Of a DNA stretch of 29,490 bases, positions 26,203 through 29,490 are shown piece by piece (positions within the stretch are counted from its first letter, which is position 1; every line of letters begins with the position of its first letter). The notes under the pieces were generated by a model. It saw only the letters and a list, made by a program, of their open reading frames with translations, did no database searches and had not been told where the DNA came from. Source of the DNA: Alphaproteobacteria bacterium (lineage in GTDB: Bacteria; Pseudomonadota; Alphaproteobacteria; UBA6615); contig CBDHEC010000021.1 of NCBI GenBank assembly GCA_965261975.1, forward strand, positions 1-29,490, given 5' to 3'. The translations under genes and the position numbers were made by a program.

Positions 26203-27828
26203 ATGCGGTCCCTGAGCTCCAACCCATCAGGCGTCTCACCACGCCGCCTAGCCGGTTTTGTTCGTTTGGGGCGATTCGGCATCCCGATCGGCTTTGCGCT
26301 GATTGCCGCGCCGGTTTTCCTGATTATCGGGTTTCTGGTTTTGCGCGCCGAACAGGCGGGCGCGACCAACGCGCTCGTACGTGCCGCAGAAGTTCAGAAT
26401 GCCGGGATCGCGCGTACGCTGGCGAACGCCCATGCCGACCCGATCTCCTATCTGCTGGCGATGGGGGTCGGCGACGCCCCGGAGTTGCTGCCAATCGCGC
26501 TTCGCCGCTCGGGTTTGCAGCCAAGTATCGAAGCCAGCCTGAAAGACACGAATGTCGTGAATGTCAAAATTTACGACAGTCAGGGCATCACGCTGTTTTC
26601 GATGGATTCCGAACAGCTGGGGGAAGACGTCTCGGCCTGCGAGTGTTTCGCCAAGGCGCAGGCGGATGGTGCTTTCAGCGAGCTGATACATACGGGTTTC
26701 GGGGGCCACGGTCCGGGTGATGCGGGGCACCCGCATGGCAGCGGCGACATGGACCTCCTGTCGACGATGATCCGGGTCGATGCTTTGACGACGGATCTGG
26801 GCGCTGCCGGCGGCGTTTTCGAGGTGCAGTCGGATGTGAGCGGCCTGATCGCGCCGATCATCGCGACGCGGCACAACACGGCTCTCGTCGTGGGTGTGCC
26901 GTTGTTTGTCCTCTATTTTCTGATGGTTGCGCTTGTGACGTTTGGTCATGCGACCATCGTCCGGCGCGACCGCCAGGCAGCGAAATTCGCGGCGCGCGCG
27001 GCCGAGAGCGAGGCCTCCGACCAGGCGAAGTCCGAATTCCTGTCCCTGATGAGTCACGAGCTGCGGACGCCGCTCAACGCCATCGTCGGCTTTGCCCAAT
27101 TGATTTCAGATGGCAGTCGAAATGCGAAGGACGATGAAACCGCCGATTGGGCGGATGCCATTCATGACAGCGGACTGCATATGACGCGGGTGGTGTCATC
27201 AATTCTCGACCTGACCGCGCTCGAACTCGGCGAGTTTGAGATGGAGCACGAGCCCCTGCATTTGCGCGACGTGGTGCGTTCGGCCGTCACAACGGTTCGG
27301 CCTGCGTTCGACAAGAGCCTTATAACCTTGTCTGTGCAAGACGAACCCCGCCAGGATCCGGTTCGGGGTGACAAGGAGAAGCTGGGCCAGGTGTTCGAGA
27401 ACCTGTTGTCGAATGCCGCCCGATTCACGCCTGCGGGCGGGAGCGTGAGTGTCACATTCGAAGCCGCGGCAGCTGGCTTCGTGTCCGTCATAATCAAAGA
27501 CTCCGGCATCGGCATGACTAAGGATCAGATCGAACAGGCACGTTTACCCTTCCATGCGAATTGGAGCGGTTTGTCCCGCGAGGCCGACGGTGCCGGGCTC
27601 GGTCTCACAATCGCCGACAGGATCGTCACAAATCTGGGTGGGACGCTGAACATCGAAAGTGAAGCCGACACGGGCACATGGATCACCGTCTGCCTGCCTG
27701 TCTGCGAGTCTGACGGCGCCAACATCACGGAAGTATCGTTGTCGCGGGACGTCGATCGGGCGAATGACGCGCCACCACCGGAATCCGTGCCGGACCAAAC
27801 GGTGCAGACGACGGCCGCAATCAGGTGA
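26203..27828 (+). CDS. Membrane sensor histidine kinase with a PleC/DivJ-like H-box (HisKA + HATPase_c)
   Basis: Two TM helices flank an extracytoplasmic domain. H-box KSEFLSLMSHELRTPLNAIVGF, N-box NLLSNAARFT, G1 KDSGIGM and G2 GAGLGL. No receiver domain. Confidence 0.9.
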   Translation: MRSLSSNPSGVSPRRLAGFVRLGRFGIPIGFALIAAPVFLIIGFLVLRAEQAGATNALVRAAEVQNAGIARTLANAHADPISYLLAMGVGDAPELLPIALRRSGLQPSIEASLKDTNVVNVKIYDSQGITLFSMDSEQLGEDVSACECFAKAQADGAFSELIHTGFGGHGPGDAGHPHGSGDMDLLSTMIRVDALTTDLGAAGGVFEVQSDVSGLIAPIIATRHNTALVVGVPLFVLYFLMVALVTFGHATIVRRDRQAAKFAARAAESEASDQAKSEFLSLMSHELRTPLNAIVGFAQLISDGSRNAKDDETADWADAIHDSGLHMTRVVSSILDLTALELGEFEMEHEPLHLRDVVRSAVTTVRPAFDKSLITLSVQDEPRQDPVRGDKEKLGQVFENLLSNAARFTPAGGSVSVTFEAAAAGFVSVIIKDSGIGMTKDQIEQARLPFHANWSGLSREADGAGLGLTIADRIVTNLGGTLNIESEADTGTWITVCLPVCESDGANITEVSLSRDVDRANDAPPPESVPDQTVQTTAAIR

Positions 27829-27893
27829 TTGCCGCGTTCCCGTCGCGGTGATAGCTTCCGCGCCGTTTCCGAACTGCAACGCACCGGTCTTTT

Positions 27894-28181
27894 ATGGCGC
27901 TCGATACCGACACCGTTCGTCGCATTGCGCGGCTCGCCAGAATCCACGTCGATGACGGGGAACTGGCGCCGCTTGCCGACGAGCTCAACAACATTCTCGG
28001 CTGGATCGAACAGCTTGAGGAAGTCGACACGGAAGGTGTCGCACCCATGACCAGCGTGGTCGATATGGTGCAGCGCCTGCGCGCCGACGAGATGAATGAC
28101 GGCAACCTCCAGGAAGAGGTGCTGGCCAACGCGCCCGATCCGGCGGACGGCTTCTTCACCGTGCCAAAGGTGGTCGAATAA
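27894..28181 (+). CDS. gatC: Asp/Glu-tRNA amidotransferase subunit C
   Basis: [31 protein letters not shown] and FFTVPKVVE. Confidence 0.97.
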   Translation: MALDTDTVRRIARLARIHVDDGELAPLADELNNILGWIEQLEEVDTEGVAPMTSVVDMVQRLRADEMNDGNLQEEVLANAPDPADGFFTVPKVVE

Positions 28182-29490
28182 TGGCTGCGCTGACCGACCT
28201 TACCATTGCCAAGGCGGGCGAGGGCCTGGCCGCGGGCGAGTTCACCGCACGGGAACTCACCGATGCGTATCTGTCGGCGATGGCCGACGCGAAGGCGCTC
28301 AACGCCTACACCGCCGAGACCCCGGAGCGCGCGCAAGACATGGCCGACGCGTCGGACGCGCGCCGCGCGAAGGGCGAAACTGCGGGGCCGCTGGACGGCA
28401 TCCCGCTGGCGATCAAGGACCTGTTCTGCACCGAAGGCGTGCTGTCGACGGCCGGCAGCCACATCCTCGACGGCTTCGAGCCGCGCTATGAATCGACCGT
28501 CACGCAAAACCTGTGGGACGCGGGCGCCGTCATGCTTGGCAAGGTGAACATGGACGAGTTCGCGATGGGCTCGGCGAATATCACCAGCCATTACGGGCCG
28601 ACGATCAACCCGTGGAAAGCCGAGTCTGGCGATTCGGCGGGCAAGGATTTGGTGCCCGGTGGATCGTCGGGCGGCTCTGCATCGGCCGTCGCCGCGCGGA
28701 TCGCGGCGGGCGCGACCGGCACCGATACGGGCGGGTCGATCCGTCAGCCGGGCGCCTTCTGCGGCATCGTCGGCATGAAACCCACCTACGGGCGCTGCTC
28801 GCGCTGGGGCGTGATCGCCTTTGCCAGCTCCCTCGACCAGGCCGGGCCGCTCGCCCGCACGGTCGAGGATTCGGCCCTCATGCTTCAGGCCATGGCCGGA
28901 TACGACCCGAAGGATTCGACCAGCGTGGATCAGCCGGTGCCCGATTTCGCCGCTGCGCTGACCGGGGATGTCAGGGGTCTACGCGTGGGCGTGCCCGCCG
29001 AATACCGGATGGACGGCACCCCGCCCGAGATCGAGGCTTTATGGCAGCAGGGGATCGACTGGCTGCGCGATGCGGGGGCCGAGATCGTCGACATCTCGCT
29101 GCCACATACGAAATACGCGCTGCCGGCCTACTACATCGTGGCCCCGGCGGAGGCCTCCTCGAACCTGGCCCGTTATGACGGTGTGCGTTACGGCCTGCGG
29201 GTCGAGGGGGAAGACCTCGCCGACACCTATGAGCGGACCCGCGCCGAAGGCTTCGGTGCCGAAGTCCAGCGCCGGGTGATGATCGGCACCTACGTGCTGT
29301 CGGCCGGTTACTACGACGCCTATTACCTGAAGGCCCAGCGGGTGCGCACGCGCATCGCCGATGATTTCCGCGCCGCCTGGGCGAGCTGCGACGTGATCCT
29401 GACGCCGACGACGCCGAGCGCGGCGTTCGCCATCGGCGAGAAGATGGACGACCCGATTGCCATGTATCTGAACGATATCTTCACCGTGCC
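28181..29490 (+). CDS. gatA: Asp/Glu-tRNA amidotransferase subunit A, 3'-truncated by the window edge (absent from the ORF track)
   Basis: ATG 28181 overlaps the gatC stop (TAATG). Manual translation shows [54 protein letters not shown] and [14 protein letters not shown]. Confidence 0.97.
   Translation, partial: MAALTDLTIAKAGEGLAAGEFTARELTDAYLSAMADAKALNAYTAETPERAQDMADASDARRAKGETAGPLDGIPLAIKDLFCTEGVLSTAGSHILDGFEPRYESTVTQNLWDAGAVMLGKVNMDEFAMGSANITSHYGPTINPWKAESGDSAGKDLVPGGSSGGSASAVAARIAAGATGTDTGGSIRQPGAFCGIVGMKPTYGRCSRWGVIAFASSLDQAGPLARTVEDSALMLQAMAGYDPKDSTSVDQPVPDFAAALTGDVRGLRVGVPAEYRMDGTPPEIEALWQQGIDWLRDAGAEIVDISLPHTKYALPAYYIVAPAEASSNLARYDGVRYGLRVEGEDLADTYERTRAEGFGAEVQRRVMIGTYVLSAGYYDAYYLKAQRVRTRIADDFRAAWASCDVILTPTTPSAAFAIGEKMDDPIAMYLNDIFTV

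Overview
GC-rich alphaproteobacterial chromosome segment (gene content and order resemble Rhodospirillales-type genomes; this is inference). The backbone is conserved core synteny: dinB, ROK kinase, divK, rpmG, S41 protease, rnr, topA, dprA, plsY, pyrC, pyrB, ruvX, gatC and gatA (gatA runs off the 3' end). Accessory genes are interspersed: a 5'-truncated VOC protein, a secreted DUF4168/coiled-coil/Sel1 protein, DUF2937, nnrS, a zeta-crystallin-like quinone reductase, a SPOR-type lipoprotein, two tandem EipB (DUF1849) paralogues, an rfbF plus double-cupin pair, a gluzincin-motif protein with two STM3941-like membrane proteins coupled to ruvX, and a PleC/DivJ-type histidine kinase. I saw no tRNA, rRNA, CRISPR array, transposase or integrase. 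The most notable direct observations are: (i) two genes within about 2.2 kb are each broken by one in-frame TAG with the frame intact on both sides, and these plus an unusual Trp in DivK can all be explained by C>T changes on the + strand; (ii) divK has no adjacent pleD; (iii) the second EipB copy is divergent and compositionally atypical; (iv) the DivJ/PleC-like kinase has a His/Cys-rich sensor loop. I cannot show a clearly new biological system. The best candidates are the DUF4168-coiled-coil-Sel1 protein behind a CtrA-like box, the candidate metal/redox-sensing kinase for DivK, and the ruvX-coupled membrane/peptidase cassette. All family assignments come from recognising motifs by eye, not from database searches.
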